A model generated the notes under the pieces. It did not search any database, was not told the origin of the DNA, and saw nothing but the letters and a program-made list of their open reading frames with translations. 64,000 nucleotides of DNA from Trichosphaerium sp. ATCC 40318. Taxonomy: Eukaryota > Protista > Tubulinea. The number at the start of each line of letters is the position of its first letter. The stretch's first letter is position 1. Location of the stretch: positions 62,001 to 126,000 of the forward strand of contig JALMLS010000277.1 of assembly GCA_038496445.1 (NCBI GenBank), given 5' to 3'. Below are positions 11,120 to 23,100 of this stretch, piece by piece. Both the position numbers and the translations under genes were made by a program.

Positions 11120-14100
11120 ATGTCAAAAAAAAAGCATTCAAAGTCTTCCAAATGCCCTCAAAATGGTAAAAAGAAGAAAGGACACGATTTTAAACGCGCC
11201 CAATTCAATAAATTTACATGGTGTGATTATTGCCACGAATTCATTTGGGGCTTAGTAATACAAGGCCATCAATGCAAAGGTACAGTTTTCGCGGTTTTTA
11301 ACAGTATTCATGGTGATTTCGTTTAGTATGCGAATATAAAGTACACAGGAAATGCAAAAAGAAGGCTCTAAAGGAAACTGACTGTGGTTCGTTCCTTTCA
11401 AGCAAAAATAATGTTGGGGTACGCCAAGTTAATACAACCTTTCGTAATAGCGCTAAATATTATCATAGAACCTTAGTATGAAGAGAAAGCAAGGTATTGT
11501 TGATAAATAACAACAAAATAACCTTTATTATTAACAACTGTTAATAGATGCAGTAAAAGTACTGTGCGAAACTATAAAGAGTGCACCAACTCTAACAGTT
11601 CCAAAGGTAGCTTGTAGTTTGTTTTCGATTTTTTTAACTTAGCCTGTAGTTGAATTCCTTCTTATACATTGCATTCTCTGACGAAGCTCTGGGACCTGTT
11701 ATAGAATATGGTAAACAAAAAAGGCTCCACAACGTCCTAAATTACTAAATCAATTTTTTTTTTGCTCCAAAGTGATTTGAGACGCGCTAGTGTGTTTCAG
11801 AAACTGTTTGCGTTTTTTTTTTTCTGTCCAATCAGGTTTTCAACGCAACAAACTCTTTAAACTAATATTCACTCTATAAGACGCGTTTCACGCTAAGGAT
11901 GTTGGTCCCTTGGCCCAATCGAATGAAGATTTGTCATCTGGTTCACTGAGTAATGAATCCCGAGGAGATAATACAGTAGGACGCAGCGCTCAATCTACGA
12001 TATCAAAGTCCTTAAGGAAATGTATGCTTTTTTGCTTCTTTTTTTATCAAAAATCGCCCTACCCGCTTTTGTTTAGCGTTTTAATTAGCCTAACTTGCGC
12101 GCAGTGTTAGCACCGCAGCATATGCAGGATGTAAACTCACTAAGTATTAACTAGACCGCTTATTTGTCACTTTTTTGAGTTTTTTTTAGTGACGTTTTAA
12201 ATGAACTTTTGACTTATTTTCTTCTTTAGCGTATTCCACTGAAGATGATCTATTTATTACAGGAGAAACAGTCTTTGCTGTATTAAATGAAGGCATAAAA
12301 TCTAAAGAAGCGTTCAAAAAAGCTGTGTGTGTAAAGATAGCGGAGCAGCTTTGTTTTAATGGTAACACCCTTTTTTTCTCCTTTTTTTGCGAAACCATCC
12401 TGATTTTTTTTTTCTTGGTTTCTGATTTCTCCTAAAAATCAAAGCGTGACAACAAAGTTATGACTCACAATATTCTTAGAACCGTATAAGAATAGAGTTG
12501 TTGATGCTGGTATCATAGAGCAGTGTCTGGCGATATTAAATACCCAAAGTGATGATAAAACAGCTGTTCACACTTTTATACATCCATACAGCTTATATTA
12601 TGTTGTTATGCAGCTTATCTATCAAATAATTAGCAAGAGTACGCCTTCACCTAACCAACACTTTTTTTTGATTTTTGCGCCTTTTTTTTTCTTCGTCGTT
12701 ATTTATATGTATCTACCGGTGTCTCTGCTGGATTATCTATAGTATAGTAAATATAATATATTACTAGAAACGCGTGGTACGTCTCCAAGCGTTAATAGTA
12801 GTCAATGGCTTGTTGGTGCGTGTCAAAAAATACAAACATTCATCAAGCCAAACTAAGTGATTTTGACCCTTCAAATCGACCTTTTATTCAAATTATCGCT
12901 TCTCTTTTTCCTCTGCTCTGTGCAACTAATTACCTGGGTTTATATCCACAAGGTAATTAGTTGCATAGAGCATTGGAAAGCACAAAGCGATAATTTGAAT
13001 AGCTTGAACTGTATCAGTAGGATTACTTTTTTTTTGATTTTTTGTTTTATTGGTTTTATCTAATTATATTCACTAGCTGACTTGAGAAATGCTCGAAGAC
13101 GTAACAACAGATTGATTATCTATAACTTGAATGGATTGAACACAATCCTGAGTTTCATTAAAGCTGTTGAACTCATTCGAGAAGTTGATAAAGAAAAACG
13201 AAAAGAAATAAGAAATATTCTTCTCATGGGTGCTACAATACTTGCTGACTTTCATCAGGATAGTGGTATGTGATTAATTATTGCGTTAACATTGAACTCA
13301 CTTTTACTGTAGATAGACGTTATCGTAATTTTATTGAAACACACGATGGTCTTCAAATTATGCTTAAATGGGTTTATGCTGGAAAAATTAAAATACACAA
13401 GGAGATACCAAAGAATGCTGTCACGTTCGATAAACAAATATATGACTCTCCGTTATGTTCAGTATATAAAGGTATGTTTGTTAACAAGATTTATCAAAAA
13501 AAAAAGCCGCGAGAGGGCGAGGTGAAGAAGAAATCCGCCGTCACATGATTACTTTTTTTTTTCTTGGTGGAGCTTGGTTTTAATTTGTTTCTACAGGAAC
13601 GTATAAGGGACAACGAGTGGGCATTAAACAATTTGATTCAAACTTTCTGTCGTTTACGTGGGAGGATATGAATAAGGAAATAGCCCTTTTAACGTACGTG
13701 ATCGCTGTTCTGGCTGTTTTTTTTTTTTTTTTCATCTGATGTTCACGTGATTATAATCTTATTCATTTTTTTTATAGCGTTGTACAACATCCATGTATTG
13801 TCGGCTTTCTAGGCGCTCATACCAACTCTGAGAAGCCTTTCTTGATTACAGATTTTTTTGAGAGGGGTAACCTTCAGGAGGTTGTAGAAAACCCAAAAGG
13901 ATACAAGGTAACCCACTAATTACAAACATTTTTTTTATCGTAATCAATACGAAACATTTTCGCTGAACGAAAACCGAATGATTTCATGCAGGAAACTCAG
14001 TCTTTTTCTCTTAGGTTGATATGAGTTTGATTGCAAATATGGCTATGAGTGCTGCTAATGGTTTATTACATCTTCACGATAAAGGTATTATACACAGGTA

Positions 14101-14976
14101 CGAGTCAGCTGATCTCTTTTTTTTTTTTTTCGAATTTTTGTTAAAATGACTACAAAGGGATATCAAGACGCCAAATATCCTTGTTGATGATCACTTTCGT
14201 GCTATGGTAATAGATTTTGGTGTTTCAAGGGTTGCCGATAATGGCCAAACTATGACTATCATTGGAACGCCAATTTGGATGGCTCCTGAAGGTAATACCT
14301 TTTTTTTTCTTCTTTTTTTTTGGTTCTACATCACTTCTAACGAATTGCTGTTTAGTCATTGATGGCACACAGTATACAGTTAAAGCAGATATTTATAGTT
14401 TCGGACTTGTAATGTGGTCAATGGTACGTCATTGGAATCAGCGAGAATCTTATTTATGATTGTATAGGTTTCTGGTAAAGTGCCGTATCAGAGTGTCAAC
14501 CAGTTTTCTTTGCTTCATTGTATCTGTAAGCAACATTTCAGGGAGGATATACCAAAATGGTGTCATAAAGAGCTTGGCGAACTTATTAAGAAATGCTGGG
14601 CTCCAGATCCAAAGGATAGGCCGTCTATGACAGAAATCTTGGGTGCGTTTTTTCTGATGGAACAAAGTTGCAATCATTAACTTTAATCATTGTAGAGTGC
14701 TTGTGGAACCTGAAAGGTCCTGTTTCTGGTAAATATTATTGTAGATCGTACACTTATTTGAAAGATGAACATTGGTTTGAGATATGCAAGTACTTAGATC
14801 ACGAGGTAAGGCTCGATTTGCATCAACTTTTTTGTTTGTTTTTTTTTAAAAGTTGATTGATTTTTTTTAGTGCAAAAAGATGTTGGTGTTGACGTGTAAG
14901 AGTATTTTTAAAATATTTGAAAGCAAGCTAGAATTAGTACCAATTGGCCAAAAGAGGCTTTACAAGTCATCGATAA
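11120..14976 (+). CDS. TKL-group protein kinase with an N-terminal C1 domain, an ARM-like helical region and a C-terminal F-box-like motif; multi-exon
   Basis: C1: HDFKRAQFNKFTWCDYCHEFIWGLVIQGHQCK.CEYKVHRKC. Kinase: VGIK, HPCIVGFLGA, IIHRDIKTPNILV, IDFGVSR, IGTPIWMAPE, KADIYSFG, CWAPDPKDRPSM. Tail: YLKDEHWFEICKYLDHECKKMLVLTCK. Confidence 0.9.
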
Positions 14977-15143
14977 TTTCTGGTCGCCGTATAAACAAAT
15001 CAAGAATGCTGTAATATAATCAAAAAAAAAGATTGAAAGAAAACCAAGCAATAATTTAATACGAAAAGAAACAGCCAATTTATAGACAAATAACTAATAA
15101 GCTGTTATTGTTCTTTCTTGCAAAAAAGCAAAGCGGATTGACT

Positions 15144-15629
15144 ATGTTGTCACAGGAGCCCTTACTCACACTAATGTTGTTTTCGAGGTCCAGTGGAACC
15201 GAACTGTATTCTGGATAGTTAGTTTATTAGTACCAAAGATGCTACCTCCCTGAAGCGCTATGAACGATTTAGTATCTCTAGTAAAGACGTACATACATCT
15301 TCTGATGAGACCAGATGAGTTTGACGCAAACTTTGCTTCAGTCTAACTTGGATGATTCACTTTTGAAGATTAAATTACTCTTCTACAACTGGGAGAGAGT
15401 ATTCCAGCATAACGCCGAATATGTAAAAGGAATAATGTTGGCACAAAAGTGCGAATATGAAGGCCTTGCTGCGTGGTTTGATGGTCAGTTTGAAGCCAAA
15501 CAAGCCCTTGATGACAAAAAGATTAAAAAATTGGCAGATATGGAATTAGATCTCGAAGGAGTACCTGGACAGCGTGGCAAAGTCGACTTTGAAAAGTCTG
15601 CCTCTAACCAATCCGTCTCGGATGAGTAA
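15144..15629 (+). CDS. Hypothetical protein (5' exon structure uncertain)
   Basis: 104 aa open exon at 15315-15629 with coding-like composition, followed by AATAAA. No recognisable motif. Confidence 0.5.
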
Positions 15630-15892
15630 TTTTCTTGTAAAAACATGTAATAAAACTAATTGATTGACTTTTAAACTGCTATCTGATTTCTTTTGATTTC
15701 TTGACCTTCGTTTGTGCTCTAATATCTATTTATCAATAACATGTCATAGCCTGTTCATAAGGTTCTTTAGTACAATCAATTATGGGTATTGTTAGTGAGA
15801 TAGTAAGATTGTATGGAGCAAAACGGTTTGACTAGGTCTTTAGCCAAGCTACAATAAAATAAAGACCTCGTGCTGAGAATTTTTATTTATTA

Positions 15893-18338
15893 TTACGCTT
15901 TGCAAGCATCGATGCCATTTACTATTGCTTGTAAGGTCCTTTCAATATGTTTTTCATCTCTATTGGTTACAGAGTATCCTAAAGATACTTATTAGAAAAG
16001 TAAAAGTAAGGAACTTTTTATGTTTTTTTTTTGGAGTTGACCGGTTCACTGTCTTTTTGCATCACGTGATTCCTTCAAAAAATATTTCTTCAAACCCCAA
16101 AAACACAACAGGCATAATTGGTGGCCTTTCGATTTTCTTTGGGAAAATTTGTAATGGCACGTGATTTTGTCCCAAAAAAAAAAAGAAAATATAAAACGGT
16201 TATTATGAAAAGAAGATAAATTGTGTACCCATGTGACCCAATCTGTATAAAAAACCATTAGCACGTTAACGATAAAACTAACACAAAAAAGACCGTACCT
16301 AAAATATTCATCTTTAATTTCTGCATGTAGACCTCCAGCAACAATAGCTCCATTCTTTATTATTTCAGGTAATAATTTTGGGCCTAAAAATGAGTCAATT
16401 GCTGTTACTCAATCACGTGATTTTTAAACAGCGAATTGCTAAAACGTGAATGGAAAGTTGCATGCCTGTAACTCCTTCAGGGTATCTAATAGCAGATAAT
16501 GTATTTGCACACAATTCTTTTCTAACAGGGACAACATCAAGTCCTGCCTCTCCCAAGAAACGATGTACGTCTGCTGCGGCATCATTGTGTGCTTTAAATG
16601 TATCTTCCATGCCTATATAAAAAACTACTAGTTAGAATCCCGTAACAGCAAGTCAATAGTTCTTAAGCAAGTAAGGAGTAATGTTAACCATACTCAAACG
16701 TAAGTTCTTACATAAAAAGAAATTTAAAAAAAAGCGTCCTAGTACCTCTGTACAACATTTCCTTCAAAGAAACACGAAGTGCATTTACTAGATTGACAGG
16801 AGGCGTAGCGAAATAACTTGGTTTTTGTGACTCATACGCCTATGATAATTTACAGTGAGTAAAGCAAAAAAATCCAATAAAACAAACAAAAAGATACTAT
16901 GTATGCATTGTGTTCACATTTATGAAGTTTACGCGTTTTGTACGTACTTTCATGATAGGTAGCCATTTTTGCCAGCTAGCATAGTAATTTGGTATTTTAC
17001 TTTGACGTGAGTTGAAGGCATCCTAACCGTTATCGAGTCAATAAAATTATGGAGAAAGAAAACTATTAATTTTTTTTTTGCTTGTTGGTAATTTAGAGGT
17101 ACCATAGCTCTTTCAGATGCTACGCTAAGACAAAGACCTGGTGGCACACCAAATGCCTTTTGAGAAGCTGTTAAGACATAATCCAAGTCCCAATCATCCA
17201 TACGTGTTTCTTCACCGCCTACTCTTGTTAAAGACCTGCGTTTTTTTCATTTTATTACACGAAGTATGTACCTGTAGCGCAAACACCGTCAACTACAATG
17301 AGAGTATCTGGGGAACATTTCCTTATTGCCTTTGCATATCCTGGAATATCTGAATACAACTTCAAGTAAGCTATACATCCATACAAAGCAACAGAGGTAC
17401 AAGAAGATACAGTGGACACAAAGGTAAACAAAATAAAAAACCAAACCAATTCATACCAACAAGAACACCTGTGGAAGTATCAACGTGAGTGATAGTAACC
17501 ATCTTGAACTTGTCCTTTGATAATGCTGCTTCTAGTTCACTTATCGAAGGAGCATCTCCAACAGGTGCACGTAGATGAGTTACAGCGCAGTCATAAGCTT
17601 CAAGACTAATCAAAAAAATTAGAAAAAAAAATCCCAACATTTTGTTGTTCGTGGCAAAGTTTTCGGCTCAGCGCATTTGACACTTGGTAAAAAAGCAAAA
17701 CTAGCGAAACACGATTAAAACAACATCATTGCGATGCTTGTATCAATTTCTAAATCTGAATAAACTGTTTCTGTACCTTTCTCCAAATTTATCTCCAAAA
17801 TAACCTGTATTTACTACTAGAGCTTTATCTCCCTGCGTTTGTGTTATTTTAGAGCTAGGGAATATGTAACTACCTTTTCCAGCAAATTTGAAGCTGCCAT
17901 ATCCCATCCAAGTGTACCAGACGCTGATACAATGAAAGGTTGACCCTTTTTGCAAAGGAACGCTTGTCTTTTGATTGTGTCAGCGGAAAAACTTGCTAAA
18001 CGGACAAAAACGTACCGCATCATCTCTATTGACTCTCCAAAGGAATTAACAAAGCCTGGACCAACGTGGCTAACGGCGGGATCACCCATTGCAGCCAAGA
18101 CACCTGGTGAACACTCCACAGGACCAGGGATCATAAGTAAAGGTTTTTTGACATCTACGACACGGTTAGTTTAAAGACCGAAAAAATACCCATTGACGCA
18201 AGAAAACAGCGGGTAAACAAATAGAGGACGATTTATGCATTTTGACAGTAGTTTATCACCTGTGCTGTACGTTCTCTTGTTTTTGCGTACACTCGCGCGA
18301 GAACGCAAACCAGCTTGTCCTCTTGATAATACACGCAT
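15893..18338 (-). CDS. AGXT: Alanine-glyoxylate / serine-pyruvate aminotransferase (class V PLP enzyme) with a mitochondrial-type presequence; multi-exon
   Basis: LLMIPGPVE, SASGTLGWD, ALVVNTGYFGDKF, VTITHVDTSTGV, VVDGVCA, TASQKAFGVPPGL (PLP lysine), FATPPV, GGLH..IKDEYFRLGHMG. N-terminus MRVLSRGQAGLRSRASVRKNKRTYS. Confidence 0.92.
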
Positions 18339-18454
18339 TGCGAAAGGAACAAAAACTATCGTTAACAAATATCAAGACATTTTACTTTACAGTCAACTAT
18401 TTTACAAGTACACAAAATTCCACAGTAGCTTGCCTAGGGCTCACACTTGTACAT

Positions 18455-19050
18455 TTAAACTAGAGTTGACTCCCTTGATTTTATGCTGGTTCTTCCCTTG
18501 TAGCTAAGTAAACAAAGAAAGTGCACATATACTCAGTGGACAATGTCAGAGCAGCCCATTCTTTATTGATGGTAGAGTTGTGCGAATATTGACGTCGGAT
18601 AAACTTGAAAAGTTCCTTATTAAGAACTAATTCAGTCAAAGTGAGCAAACAAGATGTTGACTAAAGTAGAATTAAAAAACCCCAGGTAACAATTTCGTAA
18701 TGCGTGATTCTACATTTGAAGTTATTTCTGGTTCATACTCAAGTAATCCCGGAACAATTGAAATATCCGACTCAAAACAGCAAATGTCCTGAAATATGTT
18801 ATGGGTAAGGCTTACAAGCTACCATTATTAGTTGCAAACTTTTCTGCAAGTTGACGTTTAAAAACATCGCTAAAACGGAAAATGTTAAAGGTACGAGAGC
18901 ACGGTCACGTGTGGTTGCAGTAAAAGTGCCCGACGCAATGTAAAAGTTAGCAACACGTGCTTGTTCTTACGTGTTTCAATACCTTTTGTAGTTTGTGGTG
19001 TAGAACTTCGGGGAGTATAAGCTCTGACCAATGGGGTGGGACCGCCATAG
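18455..19050 (-). CDS. Possible hypothetical protein (start not resolved)
   Basis: Several GT-AG-joined open segments (MFLNVNLQKSLQLIM|DICCFESD...|LNKELFKFIRRQYSHN...). No motif and no clear start codon. Confidence 0.3.
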
Positions 19051-19121
19051 TCAATGTCACCATTAAGTTGTTCACGTGTCACATCGAGGTAACAGTACAA
19101 AATGCATTTTTCATTTATTTC

Positions 19122-20936
19122 TTACACGAATATAATCCACAACACCATACAAAACAACGTAAAAGCACTGATGTTCATTGTACCGCTTATACATTTACCT
19201 TGTGGTGTAATACGCGCAAGGGCAAAGAGTGTAGATCCTAAGTATAACAACCATCATTAAGAAATGTCATTTCAAAAAAAAAAGTATCTTACCTGATATT
19301 GACGTTTCAACAGAACAACCGTTACTCTGAACACTAAGAGAATCCACTGATGGTGTTTCACAATTTTCTTTCCATGTAATAAGTGGAACTGGGGAGGGTG
19401 ATACGAAATTCAATAAAATCTGTCCTTCAAGAGTTACACAATCATCAACAGTTATTGTTACATTCTTGTTAAGTACAATAGAGCCTTCTGATCCAAGGGT
19501 GAAGTTACCTAATCGTAATGACTTTTGTTGTAGAACAACCCTTTATACGCACCTCTAATTATAAGGTTGTTGTTAAGTACACGAGCGTCTGATACAACAA
19601 TATCACTTAAAACAACAATAGCTTCTCCATCGCAAAAACTTGCATCAAACATACTACTATTAAGACAACTTAAGCTCAATACTGGTTTAGTCGGTGCTTC
19701 TGTGGGCGCAATAGTACTCGGATCAATAGGAGTATCAGATAATATTGTGTCATACTCTAGAATGTTGTAAGTTTGAGTAGTGATTTTTTTTTGGTTTTCA
19801 CTTACGAAACATTGGCTTTGCTCCAGTCCCTATTCTTTGCGCGGAAAACACGTTTTTAGTATCTGTAATATTTCCTGTTTGATCGAGACCATTATCAAAA
19901 GTAAAGTAAGCAAGAAGACCCTCTTGATCTTCATCAAAAGGATCTGAAGAAATTCTATTAAAGTCTTGAATCGTCAGTGTTTTTGACCACATTGCAATGT
20001 TGTCGATGTTTCCCTAGTGGCAAAATCATTTAGTTATGATTGTATGTATATGCATACATTGAAGCTATGAACAATACGGTTAGGATCAGGGAATCCACCA
20101 ATATAGCAATCTGATAGTGTATGCTGTATAAAACCAGTAATATTTTTGTCATATCGAAGAGTTATGTTTTGGCTGTTCATGAAGTACGTTGTTATAGACG
20201 TTGATACCCATGAACGTGTAAATGCCACAAAGGCCTGAAAAAAGTATTTTAAGAGTCATAAAAGTCAGAGAAGTGCTGCTGAGGTATTGTTGTTACAGCA
20301 AAAGCACGTGTTATCAAGTTGTTTTTTTAATTCGTTTCACATAGTAGAAGAGTCGTCGTAGGCGTACCCATTGATATGAAGGTATGATAAAATCACTCGT
20401 TAGTGGCAAACACGCACCTCCAGCAGCGGTTTCATAAGTCATTTGGTGCAATCCAGTGGTTTCATCCCCTTATTTGTAAGTAAGCGTGATGCACGTGGGT
20501 TTTTTTTTTCAAAGAGACTTACCTACAAATAAAGCGTCTCCTGGTTGATCACATGCAGCATACTTATTAGCGAATATTGTATCAATCTTACATGAAGACA
20601 CTACAAAACAATTCCTAGTAGTAGTAGAAAAGGTCAGTCCATAAAAACGCTTGCACATAAATTATTTCAAAAAGTTCGTTTGGGAAATTTCTTACCTTGC
20701 GAATTTTATCCAAGCAGCGAATGTAAATTCATCATATTGGCTCGCATTTAGGTTTATTTTAAGAGCCCCATTACCATTTTCACTTACGTCACCAATGACT
20801 CCAGAAAAGTATATAGAGTTTCCACTTGGGTACTCTAAACACGTTATTAGCGTATTTTATTATGTACGCAGCTACAAATCTTACCACATAATACTCCCAC
20901 AACCCACGTGATAATTATCAAATGCCACGCTTTCAT
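19122..20936 (-). CDS. Secreted/GPI-anchored LamG (concanavalin/pentraxin-like) domain protein; multi-exon
   Basis: Signal MKAWHLIIITWVVGVLC; EFTFAAWIK; CYIGGFP..HSFNGNIDNIAMWSKTL; GLLAYFTFDNG; hydrophobic tail SAFTLFCMVLWIIFV* followed by AATAAA. Confidence 0.8.
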
Positions 20937-21209
20937 ATCGGATGTAGCAGTACGAAAAGGGGTAACAAGCAGTAATAAATTAAGTAACAAGGCTTAACAG
21001 CTATCAATACAACTAAATGTATTCAGGTTTGGTTGTATGCGTTTATTTCAGTCTAACAGATAACTTCCTTTTCTATTTATTGGTTTTTTATTTATTGCAG
21101 ACTTTCCAACAAAATATGGACCAAAGTCCACTCGAGTGGATTTTAGTGTTATTCCAGTGGAAAATATTATGTTTCCGTTTTTATTATTTATTACAAGTCT
21201 CCCACAACT

Positions 21210-22962
21210 CTATACGTTATATGGACACGTGCCACAACCTGTAGCACGTGTTTCTATATCAATCTTTCCTAAACCCTAAAGCTGAGTTAAAAAAAAAACT
21301 AGTCTGAATGCAAAGTGCGCGACATGCTTGAGGGAGGTCTGTGAGCTTGTCAAGTACTTTACAATTGCCCTGAAGAATACCCATACTAAACGTATTTATC
21401 AAACCTGCTACCCACAATCTAAATGCTGTAAATTCTTGAGTGGTTGCATCGTTCTCTGTGCAGATAAACGCTACAATAAAAAGTAAATCAATGTCCAGGT
21501 TGCACGTTTTGTAAGGAAGAGGCCTTGACCGCATTTTGGCATAGGTGAGCTTGGCATAGCTGAGCTAGGCCTAGCTAAGCTAGGCTTCCTTAGTTTTCTT
21601 CAAAAATACCTTCGGGATACAACCACATTTGATCAATAAATCCCAAGTGTCCCCTTTATGTACAGTTTAACAAAACGAAGTTGAATATGGGGTGTACCAT
21701 TCAGTTGCATTGTAAGACCACACAGGACAATGCATAGCGTTGTAAAATCGAGGAAAATTCATTCCCCTAGGTGCACATGGAGGACCTCCTGCTACAGTCG
21801 GTATAGGTCCTTTACCTAAGCAAAAACATGAGAACATAATCACAGAAAACCCCATCACACTAAACGCTTTTCCAAGTAAAATGTGCAGTTTGAAAGAACG
21901 TGAAGAGTAGTCTATGAATACCTGATCCAAGAATAAGAGTTGGCATTGAATATTTTGTTTTGTTTGGCGGGTGTAAGACAGTTTTCTAAAAATCATTATA
22001 AGGTTCAGGTTGTTGATTTTAACAAATCCTTTCGTGCCTTCCATATACCCCATGGATCTTCACCATCGACAGGATTCAGTAAAATTGATGCAGTGACACC
22101 CTTAGATCCTTCTTGAAGCATACCAACTACCTAAAGAAGCATAAAACTGTTAGACTTAAATTTAAAAAAAAAGGCTTTGGCTTTTGAAAGGGTTGACTTG
22201 TGACGTGGTGACTAGTCAAGTTTGCTTTGAAATTTGAAAATAAAGCAAGTACCATCTTGGCACCAGAAGAGTGACCCATTACAGCTAGTTTAGAGAAATC
22301 AGCTGTAATGTTATGTCCTGTGTTTTGTGCCAAGTATTCGTTTAGATTTAACTTGATCCAATCTAGAGCCTTTCCTACAGACTTTGAGGTATCTGGTAAT
22401 TCCAACGAAACTACCCACACGCCAACCTAGAAACATCATGTCAAAGAAATCCGGGTGTTAATTTTCCTTATCCGTACAACTATAAAACCATGTGATGCAA
22501 CGTTGTCAAGTATTGAAGAGTACGCTGCAACTGGAAATTGACCGCTCTAACAAAAAACGAAGCGTTAATACGGCTTTGTTATTTTACTGGTGCTACAGCA
22601 GCCTAGTAGCGCGGGAAATACTATTGCGAGCATATTTGGCTACTTTGAAGCTAAAAGCGCAAGTAAACGTACAGATCCAGGTACAAACATAAGAACGGCG
22701 TAATCTCCGTCAATTATAGGCATTCGGACACTCAAATCGAAAGGTGCACCCTTTTGTAGAGATTTAGCTACAAAAGGCGCATTACGACGTACTTTTGTAC
22801 CAGCATAGATTCCTAAGTCTGTATGAGGTAAATTACCCATTGTATTGGGATCGCCATTGTAAACATAAACAGAGTGGCACAAGGATACTATAAAACGCTT
22901 TAGAAATATGATAACAACTGTTGTGAACTACCAATAAAACAAAGAAGCACAATAAGCTTCAT
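21210..22962 (-). CDS. Secreted chlorophyllase-family alpha/beta hydrolase; multi-exon
   Basis: Signal MKLIVLLCFI; MPIIDGDYAVLMFVPG; YSSILDNVASHGFIV; DFSKLAVMGHSSGAK (nucleophile elbow); LNPVDG; PPCAPRGMNF.RFY; WGHLGFID. Confidence 0.85.
21557..21582. repeat. Near-perfect 26-bp palindrome in a chlorophyllase intron
   Basis: tagctgagctaggcctagctaagcta, with a perfect core AGCTAGGCCTAGCT at 21563-21576. Confidence 0.8.
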
Positions 22963-23100
22963 TTGACAACCGACAGATTAAAAATGGAAATCTGAGATTT
23001 TTAACCAAAAACAGAAAGTCATTAGTTTGAGCTTCGCTTAGCTTCTTTTGGTCAAACGTTGCTAAGTACACACCCCCTGATAAAAACTGGTAGAGTTTAT

